Of a stretch of DNA of 64,000 nt, positions 1 through 9,508 are shown one piece after another. The stretch spans positions 4,016-68,015 of the forward strand of contig JBEKSY010000014.1 of assembly GCA_049516595.1 (NCBI GenBank), given 5' to 3'. Every line of letters begins with the position of its first letter. Position 1 is the stretch's first letter. The DNA is from Anaerolineales bacterium. GTDB taxonomy: Bacteria; Chloroflexota; Anaerolineae; Anaerolineales; RBG-16-64-43. The notes below the pieces were generated by a model that saw nothing but the letters and a program-made list of their open reading frames with translations, made no database searches and was not told the DNA's origin. The translations under genes were made by a program, and so were the position numbers.

Positions 1-706
1 CTACATGTCCCAGAAGTTCTCCCTCTACGACGATCTCACCGTGCTGGAGAACCTGCAGTTCTACGCTGGGGTCTATGATGTTCCGGCAGCCGAGGAGGGG
101 AGACGCATCGAAGAAGTACTGCACCTGGCGGGACTGGAGAATCGCAGGTCGACCTTTGCCAGGGAGCTCTCGGGAGGCTGGCGCCAGCGCCTGGCCCTAG
201 GCTGTGCTCTGATTCACCGCCCGCCTTTGCTGTTCCTGGATGAACCCACGAGCGGGGTGGATCCGGTGGCCCGGCGCGAGTTCTGGGATCTAATCTACTT
301 GCTGGCCTCCCAAGGAACGACAGTCCTCATCACCACTCACTACATGGATGAGGCGGAGCATTGCAACAAGGTCGGGTTCATGAACCGAGGAAAGCTCCTG
401 GCCTTCGACACACCTCATCGCCTCCGGGCGACCTACCTGCATGGAGCAGCCTGGAACCTTGATGCCAGCCCGCTGCTGGAGGCAGTTGAGGAGTTGAGCC
501 GGACGGCCGGAATCACCCGGGCCAGCCTGTACGGCGACCAGGCTCACGTGATCATCAACACCGGGGAATGGAATCCCCAGAGCGTGACCCGCCTGCTTGC
601 CGAAAAGGGGATCACGGTCCAATCCATCAGCCCGGTGGAATCCACCCTGGAAGACGTATATACATTGCTGGCAAATCAGGGCCTGGGATCCTCGCTGGCG
701 GGATGA
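1..706 (+). CDS. ABC transporter ATP-binding protein (5' end outside window)
   Basis: The frame is open from the window edge (codon phase starts at nt 2). It has the ABC signature LSGGWRQRL, Walker B LLFLDEPTSGVD and H-loop TTHYMDEA, followed by a ~90-aa C-terminal accessory domain. Walker A lies upstream of the window. Confidence 0.9.
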   Translation, partial: YMSQKFSLYDDLTVLENLQFYAGVYDVPAAEEGRRIEEVLHLAGLENRRSTFARELSGGWRQRLALGCALIHRPPLLFLDEPTSGVDPVARREFWDLIYLLASQGTTVLITTHYMDEAEHCNKVGFMNRGKLLAFDTPHRLRATYLHGAAWNLDASPLLEAVEELSRTAGITRASLYGDQAHVIINTGEWNPQSVTRLLAEKGITVQSISPVESTLEDVYTLLANQGLGSSLAG

Positions 707-1256
707 ACGGCGTGGGGGCGGCTGGCCACTTGTGACCGACGCCTGGTCCGGGAAGGGGGTGCAATCCCTCGCCTCGTATCGCCTCGTCAGAGGCTCCAAA
801 TCGACGAGAGCCCATCTCGGAATGCACCCCGCCGCGCATTCCGGGCCTACGGCCAGACCCGGAGCAGGTCGGGACCTCTCGCTAGCATCTTCTGCCCGGG
901 GGGCTTCGACCTTCTCGCCATTTGGCCCGATCAACTTCCTTGGCCAAAGGGGATGAGCAGGATTCTGGAACGCAGACAGGAACGGAGGAACCGGGCTCCG
1001 GACCCGGGCCGGCGTAGCCTCGGCTTCACCTTTTGGATTCAGCCTTCGCTGATCCCCGTGTCCGCGACCTTCCGCCGGGGCGTCTTTGGCGATCCGTCCA
1101 CAGGGCGTTCGCCTGCCTGAGGCGCGAGAGGCAGGAGGCCACGGATCCCTGCGAGAATCGTTTACTCTTTGGCCAGGCCTGTACCTCGCACGGGACCCTT
1201 CCATTCCGTTTCCAACAGGAAGTGAGGGCGAGGCTTCCGTCGCCCGGATCGGTCAT

Positions 1257-1751
1257 TCACCTTCCCCTCTCTTCGGTGTCTGCGGAAATAACTTCGCCTC
1301 GGGTCCGTCCCTCGTAGGCAGCATAGTCCGGAACATTCCTCTGATACTGGTCAGACATGAGGGGAGAGGAGATCATGAAGTCGGCAGATGCCCGATTGCA
1401 GGCTACAGGAATATTCCACACCACGGCGATTCTCAGCAGAGCTCTCACATCCATATCGTGCGGAAGAGGTTCAAGAGGATCCCAGAAGAAGATCAGGAAA
1501 TCGATTTCCCCTTCGGTGATCTTTGCGCCAACTTGCTGATCTCCTCCCAGAGGGCCACTCTGCAGTTTGGTTACCTTGACCGAGAGCTCCTTCTCCAGGA
1601 GCCTACCGGTCCTGCCGGTGGCAAACAGGGTGTGTTGAGCCAGGGTGCCTCGGTTGTACTTTGCCCACTCCAGCAGATCTTCCTTCCTGTTGTCGTGAGC
1701 CACAAGAGCGATTCTCTTTTTCGTTCCCAGTGCCAGCTCAGTTTGTGCCAT
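1257..1751 (-). CDS. mgsA: methylglyoxal synthase
   Basis: 164 aa with [18 protein letters not shown]...LFATGTTG-like RTGRLL...GPLGGDQQ...[29 protein letters not shown], typical of MgsA. ATG at 1751 is preceded by AGGAAGGA. Confidence 0.9.
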   Translation of the reverse strand: MAQTELALGTKKRIALVAHDNRKEDLLEWAKYNRGTLAQHTLFATGRTGRLLEKELSVKVTKLQSGPLGGDQQVGAKITEGEIDFLIFFWDPLEPLPHDMDVRALLRIAVVWNIPVACNRASADFMISSPLMSDQYQRNVPDYAAYEGRTRGEVISADTEERGR

Positions 1752-2653
1752 CGTCCTTCCTTTCTGTTGGTCGCCTTCCGGTTGGCCGCCGGAGCAAGCG
1801 CATCCGACCGCAGGAGGCGAAGATATCCTCCCTCCATCTCAGTTGCTCTCCCTAGAAGTTGAGGAGGGCGGTCACCCCTTTCTGGCTGGGGTCCGGGAGG
1901 CCCTTGATAGGGCGGCCGTGAGAGGGGGCTGAGCAGGAAGGAACTCCCCGATACCACCGCGCCCTCGGGGTTCGCAAGGGTCAAAGGTGGTCGCCGCGCA
2001 GTCCCGCCAAACCACACCGACAAGGAAGTGCCAGCCCGAGAGAAGGAACCGCCACCGAAGGAGTCAGCCCGCCAGCAAGGATAACATAGGCGGGGCTTGT
2101 AAGCCTTTCTGCGGCAATCTGACCGAGGAGGTTTTCCTCCAAGGAAAGGGAATCTTGCCTCTCGGCCCGACGCCCCTACGGTGCAATCGGGGCCGGAGGG
2201 GTGATCTGGCCCCGAAAGGAGGCAGGTCCATGGAATGAGACCGGCCCGAACAACTGCCCGGCAGACCTTGGGCGAGGTGCGCCAACAGACGAATCGTGAA
2301 TCCTCTGCAGTCCGCGCTCGGAACCCTTCGTGGAAGGGCGAGAAATGAGGTATATCATTTCCGGCACCCGCTGGCATGGAGTGCCTCTTCCAAGGTTGCA
2401 CCTGGACGATTTCCCGGTCCAGACTTAGACTTGCATTCCCGGAAGGTTGTTCAGCCCTTCCCTCGGACCCTCGAAGGCAGCCTGCCCGAGCAGCGACCCT
2501 GATATGGGTGTGGCCTTGCCTCCCCGGCCATCTTGCACAGGTCGCCCAGGATCGCCCCATGGCCACAGCAGGGGAACCGCTCCTCCGGTGCAAGGAGGCA
2601 GTGCCAAGAGGAATGGGATTCTTGAAGAATGATTACGTCGGCAGAGGTGGGAC

Positions 2654-3277
2654 ATGACCTTGATAGTCCTCGCGCGTCATGGAGAGACGGAGTGGAATCG
2701 GGTCGAACGCTATCGAGGGCGGGCGGATGTGCCCCTTAACGCAACCGGGCTGGCCCAGGCCGAATTGACTGCCAAGCGGCTGGCCTCGGAGTGGAAGCCG
2801 AGCTCCGTTTACTCCAGCCCCCTGTCGCGCGCGGTGAGGACGGCGGAGGCCATAGCCAGGCACTGCAACTTGGGAGTCCAGGTGGAGAGTGGCATTGTGG
2901 ATATCGACTACGGCCGGTGGCAAGGGCTGACGCCCGAGGAGGCCAGGGAACGGTGGCCGGAGGTCTACTCAGCCTGGTCCAACTCCCCCCAGGAAGCGCA
3001 GCTGCCCGATGGCGAGAGGCTGGACGACCTGCGGGCCCGGGCCATGCAGAGCGTGCGGGATCTGGTCGCTCGTCACGCCTCGGAGACCATCGTGCTGGTC
3101 TCTCACACGATTGTCAATCGGATCATCCTCTTGAGCGTGCTGGGCTTGGACAACAATCATCTCTGGCGCCTGAAGCAGGATACCTGCGCCATCAATGTGT
3201 TTGAAGCAGATGGGAAGAAGTACACGCTTGTGTCCTTGAATGACACGTGCCACCTGCGGTCGGGTGTGACGGGGTGA
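2654..3277 (+). CDS. histidine phosphatase family protein (phosphoglycerate mutase / CobC-like)
   Basis: N-terminal RHGETEWN catalytic motif, a downstream SPL.RA..TA motif, and VSH near the C-terminus. RBS GAGGTGGG lies upstream of the ATG. Confidence 0.85.
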   Translation: MTLIVLARHGETEWNRVERYRGRADVPLNATGLAQAELTAKRLASEWKPSSVYSSPLSRAVRTAEAIARHCNLGVQVESGIVDIDYGRWQGLTPEEARERWPEVYSAWSNSPQEAQLPDGERLDDLRARAMQSVRDLVARHASETIVLVSHTIVNRIILLSVLGLDNNHLWRLKQDTCAINVFEADGKKYTLVSLNDTCHLRSGVTG

Positions 3278-3702
3278 GAGTAGCAGCGGCCTGCAGTCTC
3301 TGCCCGCAGGGTGGTCCCCGTAGTTTGCCCCTCGCTGCCTATCTCGTCCGTCCATCTCTCGGCGTCGAGGCCACGGTGCGGCTCTGGCGGCCCCCATCTG
3401 CGAGCAAGCCGCCAGGGCGCATTCAACCCACCCAGGCTTGGAGCAGGGCCGCCTTCCTGAATAAGGTCCGCAGTCGGCATTTGGGCTCCTGCAGAGGTCA
3501 GACAGCTATATGCTTGCTTCGGTTGCCGCGCTTTGCGGCGATGGCCCTCGGCCAGATGACGGTCGATGGGCTCACGGCATTGGCCGGACGGATGCTCGCC
3601 CCCATCTGAGCGATACCCAAAGGCGAGCGCGCCGCCGCCCGGTCGTGGGGGCCGCTCGCCAGTTGGGGGAGAAAGCCCGTCATGGGAGGGCAACCACCTG
3701 GA

Positions 3703-4569
3703 CTAGAGGTCGCGCCGCTGAAAGATTCGAACGGACACCGCCAGGGAAGCAAAGAGATAGATCACCGCATAGGCGATCATCAGGAAGCTGGGAACGGAGA
3801 TGGTCCCGAATGGAGACATGCCCAGTGCCCCCGCCAGAGGGGTTTGCATCTCAAAGGCCGCACGGCGCCAGAGCGATTCGCTGGGGATGATCAGACTGGT
3901 AATGATTCCGACCTTGACCGCGGTCGGAATTTGCAGGAGCGAGCCGAATTGCTCAATCCATCCGCCCATGAAGGAAAGGCCCCAAAGACCGAACACAATG
4001 CCTCCGGTCGCCAGCGCCGGAAATGCACTGGAGCACGCGAGCGAGATGGTCATGATCAGTGCGGCTTCGAGATAGATCAGGGCCAGCCCAGCGACCAGGT
4101 GATCGGGTGTGTACCCTGTCTGAACGAGCACGCTCAACACGGTACCGCCGGCCATGAGCAGGACATAGAGTGCCAGGAGCCCGACGAATCCCAGCCACTT
4201 TCCAAGGACGACGTCGGACCGGCGGATCGGCTTGGTGACGATGGTCTGGATTGTGCCCGAGCTGATCTCCCCCGCCAGGGTGTCTGCGCCTAGCAGAGCC
4301 GCCATGGCGACGGAAAGGAAGGTGACGGCATAGAGCCCCGAGAGGAGCAGCAGGTTGATCCCCTCGGTGCGGGCAATCCGGGCCAGCCCCGGGCCGTTGC
4401 TCTGCGCGGAAAGGTTCGCCGCGCTCGTGCCGATCTGGGAGATGATGAAGTGAAATCCGGCGGTAAAAATGATCAAGAAGCAGACTCCCAGGACGACCCC
4501 TGTCAGGACAATCCGACGTCGAATGGCTTCCCGAAATGTCATGCGCGCCAGGACCCAGATGTTGTTCAC
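3703..4569 (-). CDS. ABC-2 type transporter permease
   Basis: Polytopic hydrophobic protein (about 6 TM segments). The N-terminus was trimmed from the 376-aa track ORF to a GTG at 4569 that overlaps the TGA of the upstream ATPase (GTGA). The upstream part of the track ORF is R/P/G-rich and overlaps the ATPase CDS. Confidence 0.75.
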   Translation of the reverse strand: MNNIWVLARMTFREAIRRRIVLTGVVLGVCFLIIFTAGFHFIISQIGTSAANLSAQSNGPGLARIARTEGINLLLLSGLYAVTFLSVAMAALLGADTLAGEISSGTIQTIVTKPIRRSDVVLGKWLGFVGLLALYVLLMAGGTVLSVLVQTGYTPDHLVAGLALIYLEAALIMTISLACSSAFPALATGGIVFGLWGLSFMGGWIEQFGSLLQIPTAVKVGIITSLIIPSESLWRRAAFEMQTPLAGALGMSPFGTISVPSFLMIAYAVIYLFASLAVSVRIFQRRDL

Positions 4570-5486
4570 AGCCCCCCATCCTTCCCAATCGTCTCCACGA
4601 AGATCTCCTCCAGGGACTTGCGATTGGGCACGAGGCTGTACACGGCCGCCCCGTTCGCCACGAGGTGACGCACGATCTCCGGCAGGGCCGACTCGCTTGG
4701 GACGGAGAGGCTCACCTGTTCGCCTTCCGCGTGGATGTCCTGCCCCCACTGCCTGAGCCCCTCGAGCGCTTGGGCGGAGAGGTTGCGCACGTGAAGGGTG
4801 GCCACGGTCTGCCCCGCCTCCAGAGAGCGCCACTCCATGACCCGGACGACTTCCCCATGGCGGATGAAGGCCACCCGGTCGCAGGTGACTTCGATTTCGC
4901 TGAGAAGATGAGAGTTCAAGAAGACGCTGGTGCCGTCGGAACGCAGCTCGTGGATGATATCTCTCACTAGGCGGCGGCCGATCGGATCCAGTCCCGAGGT
5001 CGGCTCATCGAGGAAAACCAGGGAGGGGCGGTTGAGCAGGGCCTGAGCCAGCCCGATCCGCTGCAACATCCCCTTGGAGAAAGTGTGCAGTTGTTTTTGG
5101 CGATACTCCGAGAGGCCGACTCGGTCCAGCAACTCGTCGATCCGCAGTTTCAGGTCGTGCGGGTTCATGTTCCAAAGCTGACCATGGAGCTCAAGGAACT
5201 CGCGCGCGGTAAGCCACTCCTGGAATCGGAAGTGCTCGGGGAGAAACCCCATGCGAGCCAAGGCCCGGCGATCGCCAATCGGCGCCCCCAGGACGGAGGC
5301 TGTGCCGGAGGTGGGTGCAATCAACCCCAGCAGCATCTTCATGGCGGTCGTCTTCCCCGCGCCATTGGGCCCCAGGAAACCGAAGACCTCACCCTGCTCC
5401 ACCAGCAGGGTGAGGTCCTTCACCGCGGACCGCTCGCCGAAAACCTTCCTCAGCTGGTCTGTACGAATCGCCGATCCGTCAGGCAT
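4566..5486 (-). CDS. ABC transporter ATP-binding protein
   Basis: Walker A GPNGAGKTT, signature FSKGMLQRIGLAQAL, Walker B LVFLDEPTSGLDP, H-loop NSHLLSE, plus a C-terminal accessory domain. Confidence 0.92.
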   Translation of the reverse strand: MPDGSAIRTDQLRKVFGERSAVKDLTLLVEQGEVFGFLGPNGAGKTTAMKMLLGLIAPTSGTASVLGAPIGDRRALARMGFLPEHFRFQEWLTAREFLELHGQLWNMNPHDLKLRIDELLDRVGLSEYRQKQLHTFSKGMLQRIGLAQALLNRPSLVFLDEPTSGLDPIGRRLVRDIIHELRSDGTSVFLNSHLLSEIEVTCDRVAFIRHGEVVRVMEWRSLEAGQTVATLHVRNLSAQALEGLRQWGQDIHAEGEQVSLSVPSESALPEIVRHLVANGAAVYSLVPNRKSLEEIFVETIGKDGGL

Positions 5487-5495
5487 GAGAGACCC

Positions 5496-6674
5496 CTACG
5501 GGAGTGAGTTCGCCATCTGGATCGCCCGTTGGGAATCGCTGCCCAGGCCGCTGATCCCGTAGATGTCCCCGCCTTTGACCCACAGCAGCCCGAATTCGGG
5601 AGCGTCGTCCGCCGGTCGCTGGATGAGGGTTCCCACCACCCCGTCCACATTCACCTGCTCGTAGGTCGCGGCATTCTTGGGAATGGGGATCACGAGCGTG
5701 GACGTCCAATCGACGGTTTTGGTAAAGGCCGCCGCCTGGTCACTGGTCATGCCCGTGAACTCCAGGCCGATTTGGGCTAGCTGGGCAACATCCAGGCTGG
5801 GTGTGGCGGTGACCGTCGGACTGGGGATCTCAGCCAGAATGACACAGTCCGGGTAACGGCGGCCGGCGGAACCGCCCGCACTGAGGTCGATTCCGGACTC
5901 GTCCGTACTTGGCGCAGGGCAGGTGCCGTAATCGACGCTGACCGCCGCGGGGATCTTCACGGAGACCAGCGCGCCGTCAATCGAGGCAGGCAGGCGAAGA
6001 TCGCTTCTCCCGGCCTCATCCAACAAGGCCTGCGCCTTGGTGCGATTGACCTTAAAGGTGAAGGCCGACGCGCCGACCACGCTGATGCGCGAGGGCGTCA
6101 TACCCTGGGGAAGACGGACCTTGAACCCTGCCAGCGGGCTGGCCTGAACCGCATCGGAAACCTCGACAGGGGCCCCGGGCTTCTGAGTCATCGTGACCGA
6201 GTCCGAGATCAGTTCACTGAGTTGCTTTCCAACCGTCCCCTGGCCCGTGAGTTGCTGCAATCCGGTAAAGTCGACCGGGATGACCGCCACATGCTCCACC
6301 CGGAACAGATTGAGCAACTTGTCAGCCAGGGCACGCGTGGTGGGAATCGTCAGGATCAGAACCAAGAGCACCGCAACCGGCAGGCCGTACTGGACTACGG
6401 GTGAATGAAGCGCTTTTCTTGCCATGCTTGAGCTCTCCTTTCGGGCGAGTCTTCGTTCGTGGAAATGGCTCAGGGCGGTCCGGGAGGAGAGATCCGCTGG
6501 CGGGTTGGCCTGGGAAAAGAGGGCGAGCCTGCCCGCGGTCGGTTGCCACTCCCGCCGCACCGCCTCGCGTCGTTCCTGACACCCTGCGCAACTTTCCAGG
6601 TGGCTCAGATTCGCTGAGCCGAGCTCTCCGTCGAGCGCCGCTCTCAACTGGCCATCGCTCAGGTGTTGGCTCAT
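5496..6674 (-). CDS. anti-sigma factor (zf-HC2, single TM, large extracytoplasmic domain)
   Basis: N-terminal H-x3-C-x2-C motif (HLESCAGCQ), one TM segment (VVQYGLPVAVLLVLILTI), and a ~270-aa C-terminal domain resembling DUF4367/LolA-like anti-sigma ectodomains. The ATG at 6674 overlaps the sigma-factor stop (ATGA). Confidence 0.75.
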   Translation of the reverse strand: MSQHLSDGQLRAALDGELGSANLSHLESCAGCQERREAVRREWQPTAGRLALFSQANPPADLSSRTALSHFHERRLARKESSSMARKALHSPVVQYGLPVAVLLVLILTIPTTRALADKLLNLFRVEHVAVIPVDFTGLQQLTGQGTVGKQLSELISDSVTMTQKPGAPVEVSDAVQASPLAGFKVRLPQGMTPSRISVVGASAFTFKVNRTKAQALLDEAGRSDLRLPASIDGALVSVKIPAAVSVDYGTCPAPSTDESGIDLSAGGSAGRRYPDCVILAEIPSPTVTATPSLDVAQLAQIGLEFTGMTSDQAAAFTKTVDWTSTLVIPIPKNAATYEQVNVDGVVGTLIQRPADDAPEFGLLWVKGGDIYGISGLGSDSQRAIQMANSLP

Positions 6675-7237
6675 GCATCCTCCTCCATCAGAGACCGGTA
6701 GCATTTCTCGAAGGCGCGTTCCGCGCGGAGCAGCAGTGGACCGACCGAATTTGGCGAGAGGCCCATGGCAGCGGCGATCTCTCGATAGGTCATGCCCGAG
6801 TAGCGCAGGATCAACAACTGGGCCTGATGAGAATTCATCCGGGCCAGCCCCATTCTGGCTAGGCGGCGCTCTTCTTCGCGGGCCTGGATCTCCGCCGGCC
6901 GATTCTCAGGGGCGTCCTCCAGGACGCCCACGCCAGCCTCGAGCTCGTAACGCTGGCGCCGCCTGTAGCTTCGAATTGAGCGAAGTCCCAAATTGCCCGC
7001 CACACGGGTGAGCCAGCCTCCCACATTGAAGCCTTCTGGCGGCTGCGGGCTTCGCTGGTACAGTTTCAGGAAGGCTTCCAATGCCAGATCCTCCGCTTCG
7101 GCTGGGTCCCCCACCAGCCCAAGGACCATCCGGTAAACATGCGTCCAGTGCTCCAAGAACAGGTTCTCAAAGGACGGGGACACCGGCATGGTCTGCGGGC
7201 TTGCGCGCGCGGCGGCAAGACTCTTGCGGAATCTCAT
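6671..7237 (-). CDS. RNA polymerase ECF-type sigma-70 factor
   Basis: Region 2 (HVYRMVLGLVGDPAEAEDLALEAFLKLY) and region 4 HTH (LRYSGMTYREIAAAMGLSPNSVGPLLLRA). The start is uncertain: ATG at 7237 or 7189. The track ORF start at 7369 looks over-extended. Confidence 0.85.
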   Translation of the reverse strand: MRFRKSLAAARASPQTMPVSPSFENLFLEHWTHVYRMVLGLVGDPAEAEDLALEAFLKLYQRSPQPPEGFNVGGWLTRVAGNLGLRSIRSYRRRQRYELEAGVGVLEDAPENRPAEIQAREEERRLARMGLARMNSHQAQLLILRYSGMTYREIAAAMGLSPNSVGPLLLRAERAFEKCYRSLMEEDA

Positions 7238-7770
7238 CGTGTGAAAGACGCCCTTGCGACCAATGTTTGTGCCCATCGCCTCGGAGGCCGCCCTGCAAGG
7301 ATAATCCCTTTCAATGAGAAATTGAGACATCGGGCATCTGTGCATGAGCCGGTTCAAGGGACAGGCCATCTAGGCGATGGGCGGAGGCGGCCCGAGAGCT
7401 CGGGCGCAATTGCAGTCCGCCAAGGTGGGGATCGCTGAGGGCCTTTCTCCGGGCAAACCCCTCAGGGCGCCCCTTGCGCCTCCAGGTACAGGGGAATAGC
7501 CCGCTCATTCTCGTCGCACGGAGGCTCAAGAAAGATCGAAGGCGCAGGCGAGACATCCGGGGCGGGCGTTCATCCGCCGCCCGCTCTGATCCTCACCCGG
7601 GGCCCCAAGATGGGAGGGTTCCTCCCCCAGAGAGCGGCGATGTGCCCTCGGCCCGGTTCGCCCCGATTCACTCAGAAGTGAACCGTCGTTTGCTGCTCCC
7701 CTTCCACCGACGGCGGAAGCGACCCGAGCTGCCGGGGGGAAATCGGCCCCCCGCGAGCACTAGGCGACAC

Positions 7771-8589
7771 TCAGGCGATGCGTCCACCCGGCAGCGGCGG
7801 TCCGCCGGCATAGATCTCTCGGACCTGAATCGCGCCGCTGCGTCCGGAGGCGCTCCAGGTGCCTTTCGCTTGATAGGAAACGGCCTCGAGGGTCAGGATG
7901 TTGGTCGCCACCAAGGCGCCCGGGGGCGGCTGGGGCAGCTCAGGGGCTCCGTTCCAGCAGACCAGGCCCGTATTTCCGCTCGGCTGCATCGAAATCGCCG
8001 GGACGACAACCGGGTAGCCCGTCGGACTCACCCAGGCCAGGACCTTCACCGCCGCCATCTTTGCGAATTCGCGCCGAACGGGCAGGGGCACCGGCACCCC
8101 CCCATCCCCACGCCCCCAGCCGCGGATCGCGCTGAGGCGGGCAAGAGTAAAGTCCCGCAGGACCTCCAAGCGAGGAATGGCAAAGGTCGCCTCGGCGGAT
8201 CGCAGCCGGATGACACCGGCATTTCGGATTCCGGTGTACGCGTTGTAGCGCAGGAGGGAGCTGCTCATCTGGCGATCCACGTAGGGCCCGCTGCGTTGAA
8301 ACTCGAGAAAATCGCCCGTGAGAATCCAACCCTGCAGATCGGTGGTGATCACCAGAATCCCAACGCGCCTGTCCTCCTCCAGGTTCTTGATACTCTTGCG
8401 CAGCAGGAAATTGCCGAAGGTGAGCGTGTCAGGCGCATCCTCGGCTGGCAGGAGCGTTATGCAGGGAACCACATTCGGCGCGCCGTCGGCGCTTCGGGTA
8501 GCCAGAAACTTAGGTGTCATCTCTCCGCGCAGGGCATCCAGCAAGCCGGGGGTGTCATTCAAGATGGACATGGTTGCCTCCGCTTTCAT
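7771..8589 (-). CDS. tandem split-barrel (pyridoxamine 5'-phosphate oxidase-like / flavin-binding) family protein
   Basis: 272 aa. Two repeats resemble the PNPOx-like FMN-binding split barrel (first: FLATRSADGAPNVVPCITL...VGILVITTDLQGWILTGDF; second: KVLAWVSPTGYPVVVPAISM...). The ATG at 8589 overlaps the activase stop (ATGA). The family call is by resemblance only. Confidence 0.65.
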   Translation of the reverse strand: MKAEATMSILNDTPGLLDALRGEMTPKFLATRSADGAPNVVPCITLLPAEDAPDTLTFGNFLLRKSIKNLEEDRRVGILVITTDLQGWILTGDFLEFQRSGPYVDRQMSSSLLRYNAYTGIRNAGVIRLRSAEATFAIPRLEVLRDFTLARLSAIRGWGRGDGGVPVPLPVRREFAKMAAVKVLAWVSPTGYPVVVPAISMQPSGNTGLVCWNGAPELPQPPPGALVATNILTLEAVSYQAKGTWSASGRSGAIQVREIYAGGPPLPGGRIA

Positions 8590-9503
8590 TGGGTCGCTCC
8601 GGACCAGCGGGCACACGGGACCAGATCGGCGGCGGTCTGCCAGGTGGAAACCATCGACTGCCGAGACAGCAGCGCGGCCGCCTCCAGCGGATAGGGAACA
8701 TCCAGGCGGTGATACTTGGGCCGCCCCAGGTTGGTGTAGGCCAGCAGATCCCAGCGCTTGACCGTAGGCAGTTCCCGCTGGATGAAGGCTCCCAGGGCCC
8801 GTATGTTTTCCGGATCGTCCGTGTAGCCGGGGATGATGGGTGTGCGAACCCACAGAGGAACACCTTGGGACGCCAAGAGGCGCGCGTTGTGCAAGATCAG
8901 ATCGTTGGCCGCCCCAGTGGCGGCTCGGTGTCGGTCCGGATCCATGATCTTGAGGTCATACAGGACCAGGTCCACCAAGTCGAGAATCCGTTCAAAGCGT
9001 TCGGGTGAGGCGGCGCCGCAGGTATCCAGCGCGATGTGCAGGCCCGCCCTGCGGCAGCGCGGCAGGACCTCGCTCAGGAAATCCTCCTGCAGCATAGGCT
9101 CGCCCCCGCTGAACGTGATGCCGCCGGCCGAGGTCTCGAAGAAGACCTTGTCCTTCAACAGTTCCTCCATCAGCTGCTCCGGGGTCCAGCGACGGCCAAT
9201 GACCTCCAGTGCGCCGCCTGGGCAGGCCTGGGCGCAGTCGCCGCAGACCGAACAGCGCTCCCGGTCAATGCGCATCCCGGAGGGCGTGAGGGTCAGCGCG
9301 TCGGCAGGGCAAGCGCCCAGGCAGGCGCGTGCTCCGATGCAGCGCACGTCGTACCACACCAGATCGGGCGCGGCCCGCAATCCCTCCGGGTTGTGGCACC
9401 AGGCGCAACGCAACGGGCAGCCTTTCAGGAAGACAGTCGTGCGGATGCCCGGTCCGTCTTCGGTGCTGAACTGCTGAATGTTGAAGATTAACCCGGTCGC
9501 CAT
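8586..9503 (-). CDS. glycyl-radical enzyme activating protein (radical SAM, with ferredoxin-like insert)
   Basis: GPGIRTTVFLKGCPLRCAWCHNPE contains the CX3CX2C radical-SAM cluster. It is followed by two Cys clusters (CIGARACLGACP and CSVCGDCAQACP) and a GGEP SAM-binding motif. Confidence 0.92.
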   Translation of the reverse strand: MATGLIFNIQQFSTEDGPGIRTTVFLKGCPLRCAWCHNPEGLRAAPDLVWYDVRCIGARACLGACPADALTLTPSGMRIDRERCSVCGDCAQACPGGALEVIGRRWTPEQLMEELLKDKVFFETSAGGITFSGGEPMLQEDFLSEVLPRCRRAGLHIALDTCGAASPERFERILDLVDLVLYDLKIMDPDRHRAATGAANDLILHNARLLASQGVPLWVRTPIIPGYTDDPENIRALGAFIQRELPTVKRWDLLAYTNLGRPKYHRLDVPYPLEAAALLSRQSMVSTWQTAADLVPCARWSGATQ

Positions 9504-9508
9504 ACCCG

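Noticed and set aside
2271-2288. 17/18-nt similarity between 2271-2288(+) GGCGAGGTGCGCCAACAG and 50810-50827(-) GGCGAGGTGCACCAACAG, considered as a dispersed repeat or paralogous RNA.
   Set aside because: Flanking sequences do not align, and the local secondary-structure context differs. A single short match in 128 kb of two-strand GC-rich sequence is not compelling.
2540-2653. Possible cobalamin riboswitch upstream of the CobC-like histidine phosphatase (GGGGAA...GGTGCAAGGAGG...). Also GCCACTG at about 13702.
   Set aside because: The order and spacing of the conserved blocks (GGGAA...GGTG.AA.TCC...GCCACTG...GGGAAGGC, B12 box) are not satisfied. Only isolated short matches are present.
3703-4833. 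Over-extended N-termini in the ORF track: 3703-4833, 7771-8853, 16303-17787, 27444-28571, 41547-42344, 30650-31810, 56167-57228, 12433-13206.
   Set aside because: - The upstream portions are R/P/G-rich and overlap the preceding gene.
- Internal starts give canonical N-termini, RBSs or 4-nt coupled overlaps, so the CDSs were trimmed.
7733-7753. Hairpin CGGGGGG-aaatcgg-CCCCCCG just after the split-barrel gene stop, considered as the GRE-operon terminator.
   Set aside because: A 7-bp G:C stem is present, but no U-tract follows on the minus strand. It is not reported as a terminator feature.
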